NCBI RefSeq assembly: GCF_006345805.1
Contig: NC_042997.1
Location: forward strand, 209,064,001 to 209,128,000
Direction of reading: 5' to 3'
Source of the DNA: Octopus sinensis
Lineage: Eukaryota
DNA length: 64,000 nt
Shown here: piece by piece, positions 12,918 through 25,424 of the stretch
Position numbering within the stretch: the stretch's first letter is position 1
Layout: each line of letters begins with the position of its first letter
Position numbers and translations under genes: made by a program
Notes under the pieces: model-generated
What the model saw: only the letters and a program-made list of their open reading frames with translations
What the model was told of the DNA's origin: nothing
The model's database searches: none

Positions 12918-13135
12918 GTGTGTGTTTGTGTGTCTGTGTTTGTCCCCCTAGCATTGCTTGACAACCGATGCTGGTGTGTTTATATCCCCGTCACTTAGCA
13001 GTTCGGCAAAAGAGACCAATAGAATAAGTACTGAGCTTACAAAAGAATAAGTCCCGGGGTCGGGTTGCTCGATTAAAGGCGGTGCTCCAGCATGGCCGCA
13101 GTCAAATGACTGAAACAAGTAAAAGAGTAAAAGAG
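12718..13135 (+). mobile_element. tRNA-derived SINE-B (near full length)
   Basis: A-box-like TGGCTGTGTGG, B-box-like GAGTTCAGTCCC, GGCACCTTAGGCAAGTGTCTT core, central (TA/TG)n, tail GACTGAAACAAGTAAAAGAG. Confidence 0.85.
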
Positions 13136-13754
13136 AGTAGGTAATATCATGTCTCTTTTGGCTTTGAGGCTGGGGGAAACGAAAAACATGAGACAAAGCC
13201 AGAGGAGATTGCTTAATTCAGGAAAAGAAAGGGGAAGACGAGGGCCTTGTGTGCTTGTAGAGAGAAGGAAAGAATAGAAGCAAGCTGGGACCTCACTTGC
13301 TTGAGTGTTGGAAAGGCTTGTGGATGTAATGACAGAGAATTGTCAGTCAATAGCTAGAGACAGGGCAATGGAATTAGATGTGTAAAGAGTTATATGAGAG
13401 GTGTTACGGGGATTTGAAAGGTCAGCTTAGATTGTGTAAGCTAAGAAAGAGGTTGAGTGCTGTTATACAGGAATTTAATTAGAGGTTGGTATTTGGAAGA
13501 CTGAAGCATTTCAAGTTTGCCAACAACCTGCTGTCGTTATTTTGTCGTTATTTTGCAGCAAGCTGCAAGAATTGTTAGCATGTCAGACATGTCATGTTTG
13601 GCAGCATTTCTTCTTCTGACTTTTTATGTTTTGTGTTCAAATTCTGCTGCAGCCAACTTTTCATCCCTTCAGGGTTGGTAAAACAATAATCAGTTGGGCA
13701 CTGGGGGTTGATGTAATTGACTTACTCTTCCCTCCACACACAAAAAAAAACAGT

Positions 13755-14066
13755 TCAGGCCATGCTCGAGGAGACCTATTGAGTCAAGTACATCAAATGG
13801 AAATTGTGGTTGTGATCCCCGTGCCAGTGGCACGTAAAAAGCACCAACCAACCATGGTCATTGCCAGGCCCCTCTGGCCCCTGTTCTGGTGGCACATAAA
13901 AAGCATCCACTACACTCTCGGAGTGGTTGGCGTTAGGAAGGGCATTCAACTGTAGAAACTCTGCCAGGTCAGACTGGAGCCTGGTGCAGCCTCCTGGCTT
14001 CCCAGACCCCAGTCAAACCGTCCAACCCATGCCAGCATGGAAAGCAGACATTAAACGATGATGATG
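13755..14066 (+). mobile_element. RTE 3' UTR copy
   Basis: GAGGAGACCTATTGAGTCAAGTACATC..AAACGATGATGATG. Confidence 0.85.
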
Positions 14067-14292
14067 TGTCTATAGGGGAAAGGATTATCAGAAATTAAGG
14101 TGACCCTCTGATAGAATTATTAGTATTAGTCAAACAAAAGGCTTAGCTGTGTGTGTTTGTTTTTTTTCTTTTTCCAGCTCTTTACATTCTGAGTTCAACT
14201 TTACCTTTCACGGGTCATGTGATCGACTGACCCCCTCCCACTGGAAAGTTTGAAACAATTATCAGAAGTTTCCCCCTCAATAACAACTTCGA

Positions 14293-14653
14293 CCCTTTAG
14301 CATTCACACTACTCCATCAAATGTGAGGCTTATTTATTCAGATTATCTTAAATTAATCATGCATTGTATGTCAAAGCTTCCAGATTTTGATGATGTGACT
14401 ATATTTTTAGAATGACATTGTTGGGTATGTGTAAGAAGCCAGATCTGGCCAGTGCGAACATAAAACATGTTGAATATTGGGCCTGGATGAGGTCGACTTT
14501 GCCTTTCATCCTTTCGGGTGTTGATAAATTAAGTACCAGTTGCATACTGGGGTCAATCTAATTGACTGGCCCCTCCCCAAAAATTTCAGTCCTTGTGCCT
14601 AGAGTAGAAAAGAATATTTGGGCTGGATATGGATAGTTTAAATGCTTAAAGGG
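14293..14653. mobile_element. piggyBac-type MITE with a nested SINE-C fragment (~14490-14615)
   Basis: CCCTTTAGCATTC..AATGCTTAAAGGG|TTAA; related partial copy starts at 12365 (TTAA|CCGTTTAGCATTC). Confidence 0.65.
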
Positions 14654-14784
14654 TTAAAACAGTCAGCGCCGTGGTAAGTCTGGAAGCAACAGGAAAAAAA
14701 GACCATTTTCCAAAGTTAAATTCTTTATATATTTCATTTTTTCTTTTCCCATTTTTTCTCAATTTATTTTATTTCTCGTTGCAG

Positions 14785-15970
14785 TTTTCTCATCTGCAAG
14801 AACCCGTGTCACTGTGTGAACAAGCATCAGTTTTGTCGTTCCTGCGTCACCGTATGGTCGGGAAGCGGGGATTCTGAAAACCACAACAAATGCCCCGTGT
14901 GCCGTGTGAGCGGCTACTATCTACCGAGTGGTGCTATTGCAGACAACCTCAACAACAGGCAGGTGCGCTGCCTCCTCCGCTCCTGCATTTGGGTCGGTCA
15001 GCTGAAAAACATTCACAATCACCGTCATGTGCTCAACAAAAAACTACATCACGAAGACAATTACAAGACGAATAAGTCATGCAACCACAACAACAACAAT
15101 AATGATAGCAATAACAATAATTTGAATCTTAGGGACAGATGCTCTGAAATAACGGAGAGAGTTTTAGCGAAGGAACCCTCGTCAGCAGCAGCCCTCCTTC
15201 AAAGAATCCGGAATGAGAGGAAAGAAGCCAACTTGTCTTCAAATAATTTGTTCACCGAGGCCACCGCAACCACCACCACCCAATTGTCCCCTTTGTTAAC
15301 AACCCCTCGTACAGGGCTCAGTTCTAGAAATGTTTTATCTTCTAGCAGTTCAACACCAGTAACTAATACTACTACTAATAATAATAATATTACTGATAAT
15401 AATAATAGTAGTAGTTCTTTAGTTAGTCTTCAGCGCCACCACCCAACGCTTGACAACAACAACCGTGTGAATGAGAGAGCAAACGAGTCTATAGAGAGTG
15501 TCCTTCGTTCCTTCCTTCCTGCTACTACCACACATCCAACTCCTGTAAGTCGCCTTAATAATAATAATAATAGTAGTAGTAATAGTAGTAGCCTTTCTAG
15601 AAATGCTCTTCAAGCAAACACCACCCCACCATCCTCTGCTCCACCGGTTACTGAGCCCGATAATGTCACCACCAACCCCAACAATTCCAATCGTGTCGGT
15701 CCTATCCACCATCGCTCTGTAAATCGCCGAACTGGCCCCAAGGAATACGAACGGCTACGGGCTCGCATGAGGGAGACCCGTCTTCGACTGGAACAAATGG
15801 AGACCACTCGCCGCGAATTGGCTTCTTTCCAGGAGAGACAAAGACTCCAGCATTTGGTCGAGGTGCGAGAACTTGGTCGGCAGCTGAACGAAGTGACATT
15901 CCAAATCCGGCGCCTGCTTAACCAGATGAGTGCCAACGAGGATCATCCTCCCACCCAACTCGTCAATTAA
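14785..15970 (+). CDS. Terminal coding exon of a RING-HC (C3HC4) E3-ligase-like protein with TRAF/SINA-like Zn-finger remnant, N/T/S-rich linker and C-terminal coiled coil
   Basis: Polypyrimidine tract plus ttgcag acceptor at 14784. The frame reads (T)-FLICKNPCHCVNKHQFCRSCVTVW..CPVCRV, then VRCLLRSCIWVGQLKNIHNH, and ends with a heptad-like YERLRARMRETRLRLEQME..RLLNQM; TAA at 15968-15970. The first RING Cys pair must lie in an upstream exon that I could not locate. The ORF-track GTG start at 14816 is an artefact. Confidence 0.88.
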
Positions 15971-18490
15971 TTAGGAAATAAGAATCAAAGTGAATACCCA
16001 AACAGCTGTTAGTTTCTCTTCATTTGTACAATTATAGCCAGCATCCTTTAACAAGACATTCTTCTTCGCTACCCCCAACATCTACTTTTACATTGAGCTT
16101 ACTCCACTAATTCTCATCCTCATGAATTTTTATTTGCTTATCTCACATTTTCTTTCTCTAGGGGACAATTGTAGTTTTATTTTCTTCAGAATTTATGAAG
16201 CCATTTTTTTCTTTTTAAAAAAAAAAAAAGCGTTTTTTTAAATTCCTTTCGTCAGCTAAAACATCCCTCACTCCCCCCCCATCATGTCCAGGAACTCCCA
16301 ACCTTATGAATATTTTAATATTTTATTTCATTTATATATGTGTATGTATATATACATATATACATACACACATGCATGCACACGTCTTTTTTTACTTCAT
16401 CAAAATCAACATTTACAGGAAATACTCATTTTGCAAACTTTTATTTCATGATACAACCTGATACAAAGTAGAAATGTCTATTTTTCTGTTCCACATTTTT
16501 CGATTTCTTTGAATTTTCCTGTCAGTGTCTTCCATTTTAGTTTGAATATTTGTTTTCTCAAAATATATGCAAATCTTTCGGTTTTTAAAATAATTTTTAG
16601 AAAAAGAGGGGTCTGACTGGGGTTTCGTGCACCCCAGGACCACCTCGCTGTCGTTTACTTACTTTGGGGCAGATGGGGATTGAGGTCCCCACCAATTTTT
16701 TTTCAGTTTTTCTCCATTTGGGGCATTTCATTATTTTCGTCTTTCTCTGGGTCCCTTATGATCAGAGAAGGGATTTCTAAAACCAAAGGGAGGGAAAAAA
16801 AAAAACTCTAAAGTAAGTAAAAAAAAAATATTGTGAAGTATTCTTTTTTGTTTTTTTTTTACAATTAATGTATTTTAGAAATTTGTGATGTCTGCATATT
16901 AATTGTTAATGAAGTGTTTGTCTTCATAAGTCACAAACACTAGCGCCACCTACAGTCTTCTCTACTGATGGGATCAGATGTAGATGCTGTGTCCGTATGC
17001 AGACAGCTCTGATGTTAAGACAGTGCTGTCTACATCTATAAACAACTGTTGTCTATAAATGTAGACAGCTATATATACATGTGTGTGTGTGTATGTGGAC
17101 AACATGCCCCTTGGTGTACAGTGTTATTTTCTTGGTGTTCTCTTTTCTCCCAGTAATCCAAGCTCCTCCTTTTGACTTGCCTTTCTCTGCCTTGTGGCCC
17201 TGAGAGAGAGAGAAAAAGATCTGAGAAAGATCCATTAAGAATTTACTTCACTGTTTATCAGAAGAAAGACAAATCTTCACAATATTTTTTTCGATTTCAA
17301 TTTATTCTGAGGAAGTCATTGAAACAAAAGGAAATGAATTTAGGGTGGAGGAGTATTTCCTGAAGGATTAAATCGGGAGTTTAATAGAATTTTAATTTTT
17401 TTTCTTTCTTTCTTTTAACTGATTTTAATCTAATATTAATTCTTTTTTTTGTCCTCCCCATTGTCTACCACTGCTTTTATTAATGTTTTTTGTTTGTTTT
17501 ATGGTTAAAAGCATGAGGTGAAAAGAAAATAAGAAAGGCCCTGTCCCCATAGATGTGTTTCTGGAAAAAAAAAACTCTCAGCTTACCTCAGTCCCCCAGT
17601 TATTGACCTGTGTCTGTTGGCCGTTATTAATCAGATATTGATTGCTTTACAAACCTGATTTGAACATTTATGAAATGATCAACATTATCAAAGACTTAAG
17701 CAATACAAGAATTTTTATTATTTTTCATTTTATTTTCAGTTTTTTTTTTTTTGTGTATTCATGTTACTAAATAACTACCATCCCTGACCAAGTACTGCAA
17801 CAGCATGTCTATAATTATGTATGTGTGTGTATTACATTTATATCCAATTTTTTCTTTTTTTCCCTTATTTAATTTTTGTAAACAGAAAATGTTCATGTAT
17901 AAAAAAAAAAAGAAAATTTCATCTCTAGTCAAATGGTTTTAACAATTGGTGTTATTACCAGTTCTGGAATCTCAGATATGACGATGCAGTAAAAAGACCC
18001 CACCACCCCCACCAGCACCTCCACTGCATTTTTCTCACCCTAATATCACCTTTGGTTATGGTAATTTCTCCTGCATGAGAAAAGCCAGTTATCCCAGCCC
18101 CCTCCGTTCCCTCTCCCGCTGCTCTACTTCCATCTTTTCTATGAAGAAAAAGTCTTTCTTGAGACGAGAATCAGCCTCAGAACAATCTTTTCATCTTTAT
18201 CTCTTCCAATGCATGATTTTTATTCATTTTTTTTTTTCTTTTTTAATTTTTTTATAATCCTATCTTGATAAATGACTGATATAATCCATAATCGCCCCAC
18301 CCCACCCTTAACTGTGTGATATAAAATAACCCTCAGTTGGAGATTATATTTATGTTACAATATATACAGTATTGTGAACTATCTCTTTAAAATCAATGAT
18401 GTGTTACCAAGTACTTTATCATCCTCGGTACTTGATTACAAAATTTATAAAGCAATTTTAATAGCAAATAAAAATGAATTTTTTTTAAAA
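15971..18490 (+). other. Probable long 3' UTR of the RING gene
   Basis: About 2.5 kb of T-rich unique sequence free of the SINEs that saturate its flanks; AATAAA at 18467-18472. Confidence 0.35.
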
Positions 18491-18746
18491 TCTGTTTCAT
18501 CGTAACTGTACGACATTGATTAGTGTGAACATCTCTTGACCATCAAGGAACAATCCCACTGCAGCCAGCTCATGGCCAGTGAAAGCATACAGTCCTTGCT
18601 ACCAGCCAGTGACTGGCCTTTGTATTTCCTCACCATCTGCAACAACAAATGTTCTGGCTAAGGTTTCCCCTGCAGTGAAAGACGCGGCTGACAAGAGAGC
18701 AGAGCTGCATAGATCTGTGTGTGTGTGTGTGTGTGGAAAGCTTTAG

Positions 18747-18967
18747 CCCTTTCGATACCAACCCAGCTGAAACTGCCTTTGGCTCCGAATACAAATGTCT
18801 TGTTTTCATAAGTTCTGAATTAAAATCTTCCACCAAACCTTAGTCACAATTTATGTTCCTGATACTAGCTGAATGATAACTAAGTTATGTTACTAAATTC
18901 TTTGTTATATTTAAAATTAATTGAAAGAAACACAAAATATTTCAACAGAAATATGGTAACAAAAGGG
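18747..18967. mobile_element. piggyBac-type MITE
   Basis: TTAG|CCCTTTCGATACC..GGTAACAAAAGGG|TTAA. Confidence 0.75.
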
Positions 18968-19399
18968 TTAACCAACCTCAGCAGCTTCATGTTGTCTTGT
19001 CATCTCAGAAAAGTGGTTTAACTAAACTAGATAGAGGAGTTCTGGTTGTCAGTTCAACTGTTCTACTTATCTAGGGGGTCACCAGTTCAACTATCGAGAT
19101 CAGTTAATTTAAGCAAATAATGTCTTGGTGCAACAGCTCCGCAAGGTTTTAATTGAAAACAAACTGAGTATGTTGTGTAGATATATAACTCAGAGTATAC
19201 ATCAACTTTGAGTAGTTAACAGAACAAGCACTATCACGTACAAAAAGATCATTTGCATTATTTTGATCAATTATTTTATAGAGATAATTGCAAAATATAT
19301 ATATCAGGAGTAATTCTCAAACTGTTCTCTTGAAGATTAAGCCAAAGCAATGGAATGAAAGACATTTTCTAGTTCTTTCCCCACCACTAAAAATAACTT

Positions 19400-19778
19400 C
19401 TCTTTTACTTGTTTCAGTCATCTAACTGCGGCCATGCTGGAGCACCGCCTTTAGTCGAGCAAATCGACCCCAGTCCTTATTCTTTGTAAGCCTAGTACTT
19501 ATTCTATCAGTTTCTTTTGCCGAACCACTAAGTTACAGGGACATAAACACACCAGCATCAGTTGTCAAGCGATGTTGGGGGGACAAATATGGATGCACAA
19601 ACATACACATACATACATACGACAGGCTTCTTTCAGTTTCCGTCTACCAAATCCACTCACAAGGCTTTGGTCAGCCTGAGGCTATAGTGGAATATACCTC
19701 CCCAAGGTGCCACGCAGTAGGACTGAACCCAGAACCGTGTGGTTGGTAAGCAAGCTACTTACCACACAGCCACTCCTC
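19400..19778 (-). mobile_element. SINE-B
   Basis: Reverse complement of the same. Confidence 0.85.
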
Positions 19779-20942
19779 TCATGAAAAGATAAGAATAAAA
19801 TTCCTTAACTTATTCAAAGTATTCTAAGGAAACGGTTTCGATAAATGATTTAAGGTCATAATAGAGAATAATGCCATGTCTATTACGTTAGTGTCAGAGA
19901 CATTCCAACACTGAGACACACAAGGTTGTGAGTGACATAGCTTCATGAGGACAGCGTAAATGTCGCTAAAAACATGGAAAAAAATTGTGGTTTTTATAAC
20001 CTTCATTGGAAATTTCTAGAAGCGTCCAGAAACAATCTTTTGGAATAGTTTTCAGTCAAAAACCAGGACGGCTTTGGCTAGTATATTTCTCAGCCAATGA
20101 AATGAGTCCTTTCAAATTAAGTTTGCTTTACTCGCTAATTACCATCAAAAGAACTTTCTTATGAACCAACTCTAGAAATTTAATATTTCTATTTTTTGTG
20201 ATCAGTGAATTTACTTCACTGAAAGTGTATATGTTTACAAGGCCTGGACAGGTGTCTGCAGCCAACTAACAGGTCATGCAACTCCAGACTGATGACGACC
20301 AAGACTCAGAAACTAGTCCCTGGGTGCAGGCTTTGCTGGGTGGGGGTGCTTGTCTCCCCCTTGTAAACATAGAAATGAGTTAAGGCCGACAGGAAGCGTT
20401 GATGCTTCCTAGGGCTAAATAGCAGTGGTGTGATTCCCTTTATGGGACTGTCATGTTAAGCTGACAGTATACAACTACTCTATCATACCACTACTGCTTA
20501 CATCTCTCTCAGATATTTAGAAACTTAATATTTCTTTTTTTTTTTTAACTCTAGTTTATTTTCCTTCAATAATACTTTGCTAAAATGCTTTTTGCTGCAG
20601 TGTGTAGAGATGAGTCACTTCGGCAGCTTGGCTAGAATATGGAAGTAGAATTACTCTTCTGAGCTTACCCTATGCACACCACTGTTTCTTAATCTGTTGC
20701 CCTTCTCTACTCCATCCCCTGTAATCAGTTCACCACCCTCATACATTCACTGTTACGGTAGTCCTTTGCCTGTCCTCTTTACTAGATACCCTCGACATGC
20801 AGCATCAATGATACACATTCTCAAGTTTCTGTCAACCATCAAAGTAAGTTGAGGCTTTATGAAAGGAAAGCTTTGATATTACGCAGACCATGTGAAAGAA
20901 GGGTCAACGGAAAGTCTGAAAACCAGCATCAACATTTAGGAC

Positions 20943-21275
20943 ATCATCATCATTTAACGTCCGCTTTCCATGCTAGCATGGGTTGGACGATTTGACTGAG
21001 GTCTGGCAAACCAGACTCCAGAGTTTCTACAGCTGGATGCCCTTCCTAACGCCAACCACTCAGAGTGTAGTGGGTGCTTTTACATGCCACCGGCACGAGG
21101 GCCAGTTTGGTGGTACTGGCAACAGCCATGCCCAAATGGTGCTTTTTACGTGCCACCTGCACAGGAGCCAGTCCACCTGCACTGGCAACGACCTCGCTCG
21201 AATGTCTCACGTGCCACCAGCACAAGTGCCTGTAAGGCAACGTGATGACGATCACGCTCGAATGGTGTGCTTAAT
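20943..21275 (-). mobile_element. RTE 3' UTR copy
   Basis: Same motifs, reverse orientation. Confidence 0.85.
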
Positions 21276-21419
21276 GTGCCAAACTTCTGAAAAGTTCTTT
21301 GGACAGGCAAAGAGTTCAAAGTATTTATAACGTTTATTATGACCATCTAAATTTAGCATTAAAAAATCAAAACGATAAGGAAAATAAATCTAGCAAAAAC
21401 TAAAGAATTTCTTTCAACA

Positions 21420-21715
21420 GGGCTATGGCTCTGTGGTTGAGTTGCTCGTTTTGCAACCATTTGGTCTGGGTTCAATCCTATTGTGTGGCACCTTGGGCTG
21501 TCCCAAAACAACCAATGCCTGTGAGTGAATTTGGTACATGAAAGCTGGGAATCCATGTGTCCTTGACAACCAGTGTTAGTTTATTTGCATCCCCCATAAC
21601 TTGCATCAGATTTTTATCAAACCACTGAGTACCAGACTTAAGTGCCAAGGTTAATTCATTCAATACATCAAGGCGATGCTCCAGCATAGCCACAGTCCAG
21701 TGACCGAAACAAGAT
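21420..21715 (+). mobile_element. SINE-B, degenerate
   Basis: Diverged head, core and tail. Confidence 0.65.
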
Positions 21716-21934
21716 TTAAAAAAAAAATTTCCTCACCAGAATTATCAATTTTCTGCTGAAGTACATGGCTTTGGTTTCAATTAAGATAATTAACATTAAA
21801 CTGGTGTTTGGGGCAAATTAACAATTGTTGATGGAATGTTTTAATTAATGTCACATTAAAACAGTTTGCATCATAAATCCAGAGGTGATCTTGGACAAGA
21901 TGATCCTGAAATGGTCAAACTTCTAGCACAATTA

Positions 21935-22290
21935 CCATGTAATTTCTGTTTTTCTTGCTGGCATGGGTTGGATGGTTTGAGAGGATCCAGTGAATGACAG
22001 GGCTGTGCCAGGGTCCAGCATCTGCTTTGGCCTGGTTTCTATGGTCAGATGCCCTTCTTAATGCCAACCATGTTAAAAATGTGCTGTGTGCCTTTTCCAT
22101 GGCACCAACTCGAGTGAAGTTGGCAAGTAGCTTGCAAGACAGAACAAGAGAAAAACCCTCACTCCTAAGTGGTGGAGTATGAGAGAGGGAGATGGCTTTG
22201 TGCTAAGAAGTACAACAGAGGGACCAGTACAGGGGTTTTGCAGTTGAGGAGATACATGGCTACCCCTGCATTATGTTAAGGTGTGCAGGA
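21935..22290 (-). mobile_element. Older RTE-type 3' end
   Basis: GGCATGGGTTGGATGG..GATGCCCTTCTTAATGCCAACC, more diverged. Confidence 0.6.
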
Positions 22291-22342
22291 AAGAAAATGA
22301 AAAGATAGATATAGGCTGGTGTGTGTGTGTGTTTGTTTGTGT

Positions 22343-22617
22343 TCTACCAGTGCCGCTGGACTGGCTCCTGTGCAGGTGGCACATAAAAAAAACCCATTTG
22401 AGTGTGGCCGTTGCCAGTACCGCCTGACTGGTCCTCGTGCTGGTGGCACATAAAAGCACCCACCACACTCTCGGAGTGGTTGGCGTTAGGAAGGGCATCC
22501 AGCTGTAGAAACTCTGCCAGATCAGATTGGAGCCTGGTGCAGCCTTCTGGTTCACCAGTCCTCAGTCAAATCGTCCAACCCATGCTAGCATGGAAAGCAG
22601 ACGTTAAACGATGATGA
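22343..22617 (+). mobile_element. RTE 3' UTR copy
   Basis: Same motifs. Confidence 0.85.
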
Positions 22618-23461
22618 ATTGACCAAACCATAAGTTGCAGGTTTCCGGAGTTTTGTTAGCCTCAAACCAGCTTCAGTTGAGGTGGTTGATTAACAGCATT
22701 CCAGCCATGACCATCCTGTCTGTCTTTTCAGGTAAAAGTCTACATTAGGCTACATTATCTAGTTTTTAAACAGCAAAAAAAAAACTGGTTTGTAAGAAGT
22801 TTTCTGAGTTGTTTGCAGTGGAACTCTTTACTCTTTTATTTGTTTCAGTCATTTGACTGCAGCCATGCTGGAGCACCGCCTTTAATCGAGGAAATCAACA
22901 TCAGCACTTATTCTTTATAAGTTTTTATACAGAAAAAAAAACTGGTTTATAAGAGGTTTGGCTGTTATTGCTAGCATATCAAATGACTACATAGAGGCCC
23001 TCTCATTGACTTAATCTGCAACATGTATTTCAATAATTTAATTGGCCCACTGGGAATTACCCGATTAGAAATACAATAGGTTTATTGGCCCATGGCCAAC
23101 CGAATCCACATCGGCAACATTTGTATCATCTTGTTTCCAACTTTCCTCCCCACTGCCAGGTTATTCACACAGAAAAATGTGTTTAGAAATATTGCCAGTC
23201 ATTCGTTGAAGTAATTTATTCCCAGGACAAACAAGAATTTCATGAATAAATTTATAGATAGAAAAGGTCGGCTTGGGAACTAAAACGACGACGTCTGTGA
23301 GGACATGCTGGAGCAGTTTTGGATAATTAATAATTCAAAGAAAACATCTCTATGTATAACAGAAATGTTTGTTAATTCGTGTGGCAAGCATTAAAAAAGC
23401 TAATTAGAAATAATTGTGTGGTGGGCATGGAGGGAACATTGGATGCCTGTCTAATATTTTA

Positions 23462-23815
23462 AGTGGTAAGTAGCTTGCTTACCAACCACATGGTTCTGGG
23501 TTCAGTCTAACTGCATGGCACCTTGGGCAAGTGTCTTCTACTATAGCCTCAGGCCAACCAAAGCCTTGTGAGTGGATTTGGTAGATGGAAACTGAAAGAA
23601 GCCCGTCATATATGTGTGTGTCTGTTTGTCCCTCCAACATCGCTTGACAACCGATGCTGGTGTGGTTATGTCCCCGTAACTTAGCGATTTGGCAAAAGAG
23701 ACCAATAGAATAAGTACTAGGCTTACAAAGAATAAACCCTGGGGTCGATTTGCTCAACGAAAGGCAGTGCTCCAGCATGGCCGCAGTCAGATGACTGAAA
23801 CAAGTAAAAGAGTAA
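23462..23815 (+). mobile_element. SINE-B
   Basis: Same motifs. Confidence 0.85.
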
Positions 23816-24199
23816 ATATGGGAGATAACTCCAGATGTGTCCTCAGGCCAATTTGTTCGACAAAACCCTTCAAGGTGGTGCCCCAGCATGGCCGTCAGTC
23901 GATTACAAGGTGTGTATACATACACAGTTCTTGACAATGAGAGAGCATTCCTTAGTTGTAGAGGAATCTTCTCTGCTGTCCAGATATAAGCAGCCTGGGT
24001 GTTCCTAAAGAAATGCGGTGAAATACCGCTTAAATCATTTAATCTCAAGCGCACGCGGTGTTTAGAGCTGAGCCTTGAGTGCGAGATTAACAGAAAAACA
24101 AAACTAAAAGGATTTAAGTTGATCTGTTACGGTCAAAGGGAGATAACTGAAAGATTTTTAATTTTTTTCAATTTTTTTGTTATACAATATGTCTTATGC

Positions 24200-24600
24200 G
24201 GCGAGCTGGCAGAATGGTTAGCACGCCGGGCGAAATGCTTGGCGGTATTTCGTCCGCCGCTACGTTCTGAGTTCAAATTCCGCCGAGGTCGACTTTGCCT
24301 TTCATCCTTTCGGGGTCGATTAACTAAGTACCAGTTATGCTCTGGGGATCAATATAATCGACTTAATCCGTTTGTCTGTCCTTGCTTGTCCCCTCTTTGT
24401 TTAGCCCCTTGTGGGCAATAAAGAAATAGGTATTTCGTCTGCCGTTACGTTCTGAGTTCAAATTTCACAAAGGTCGACTTTGCCTTTCATCCTTTCAGGA
24501 TCGATAAATTAGGTACCAGTTGCATACTGGGGTCGATCTAATCAACTGGCCTCCTCCCCAAAAAGTTTGGACCTTGTGCCAAGAGCAAAAAAAAATATTC
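24200..24600 (+). mobile_element. SINE-C, dimeric form
   Basis: The monomer restarts at AAGAAATAGGTATTTCGTCTG (~24421) and ends with an alternative tail. Confidence 0.85.
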
Positions 24601-24654
24601 TATATGTCATTCTACTTTGTTGGAATGTGAAATGACTTGACACATTCTAAACAC

Positions 24655-25311
24655 TCATCATCATCATCATCGTTTAACATCCGTTTTCCATGCTGTCATG
24701 GGTTGGACAGTTCGACCGGGGTTGGGAAGCCAGGAGGCTGCACCAGGCTCCAGTCTGATCTGGCAGTGTTTCTACAGCTGGAAGCCCTTCCTAATGCCAA
24801 CCACTCCATGAATGTAGTGGGTACTTTTTTACATGCCACTGGCACAGACGCCAGTCAAGGCGTCGCTGGCATCGGCCACATTCGGGTGGTGCTTTTTACG
24901 TACCACCGGCACAGGTATCACAACTACAATTTCCATTTGATTTTTATTTTGATGTTGATGTACTTGACTCTACAGGTCTCCTCAAGCACAGCAGGTCACT
25001 CTACGATCCAAGGTAAGCACAGCATGAACTGACTTCATTTGCCAGGTCTTCGCAGTCACGGCATATCTCCATAGGTCTTGGTCTTTCGTCATTGCCTCTG
25101 TGAGACCCAACATTCGAAGGTCATGCTTGACCACCTCATCCCATGTCTTCCTGGGTCTACCTCTACCCCAGATTCCCTCAACTGTTTGGGAGTGGCACTT
25201 CTTTAAACATCTCTCCTCATCCATCTGTAGTACATGACCATACCAGCGCAAACGTCTCTCTTGTACGCCACATACAATGCTTCTTATGTCCAACGTTTGT
25301 CTGTTGTCCAT
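24655..25311 (-). mobile_element. 5'-truncated RTE-clade LINE: ORF2 C-terminus, 3' UTR and (GAT)n tail
   Basis: RRLRWYGHVLQM..GRGRPRKTWDEVV..LWRYAV runs directly into the GGCGTTAGGAAGGGCATCCAGCTGTAGAAA-type repeat and ends in GATGATGAT. Confidence 0.9.
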
Positions 25312-25424
25312 GCATATAAATTCTCATATAAATTACTCACAATTCAAAACTGAGCACAATACCAGAAAAGTCTAAAATGGTTGATTGAGTATTTTTGATG
25401 TTGATATATTTTTGAAATTGAATA

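Noticed and set aside
13555-13610. KLQELLACQTC as the missing first RING exon (also LCKIC near 2000)
   Set aside because: Neither has a GT donor after the TG of the second Cys.
19072-19090. Second TGGTGACCCC (tRNA-Trp PBS-like) on the minus strand
   Set aside because: No recognisable LTR or gag next to it.
5684-21900. Short candidate exons with plausible splice sites (+5684-5767, +6203-6234, -9301 donor, +20786-20843, + near 21865)
   Set aside because: No recognisable protein similarity and phases cannot be linked reliably; needs RNA-seq.
23479-24421. 191-aa and 140-aa ORFs
   Set aside because: They run through SINE-B and SINE-C sequence; the same pseudo-peptides recur at every copy.
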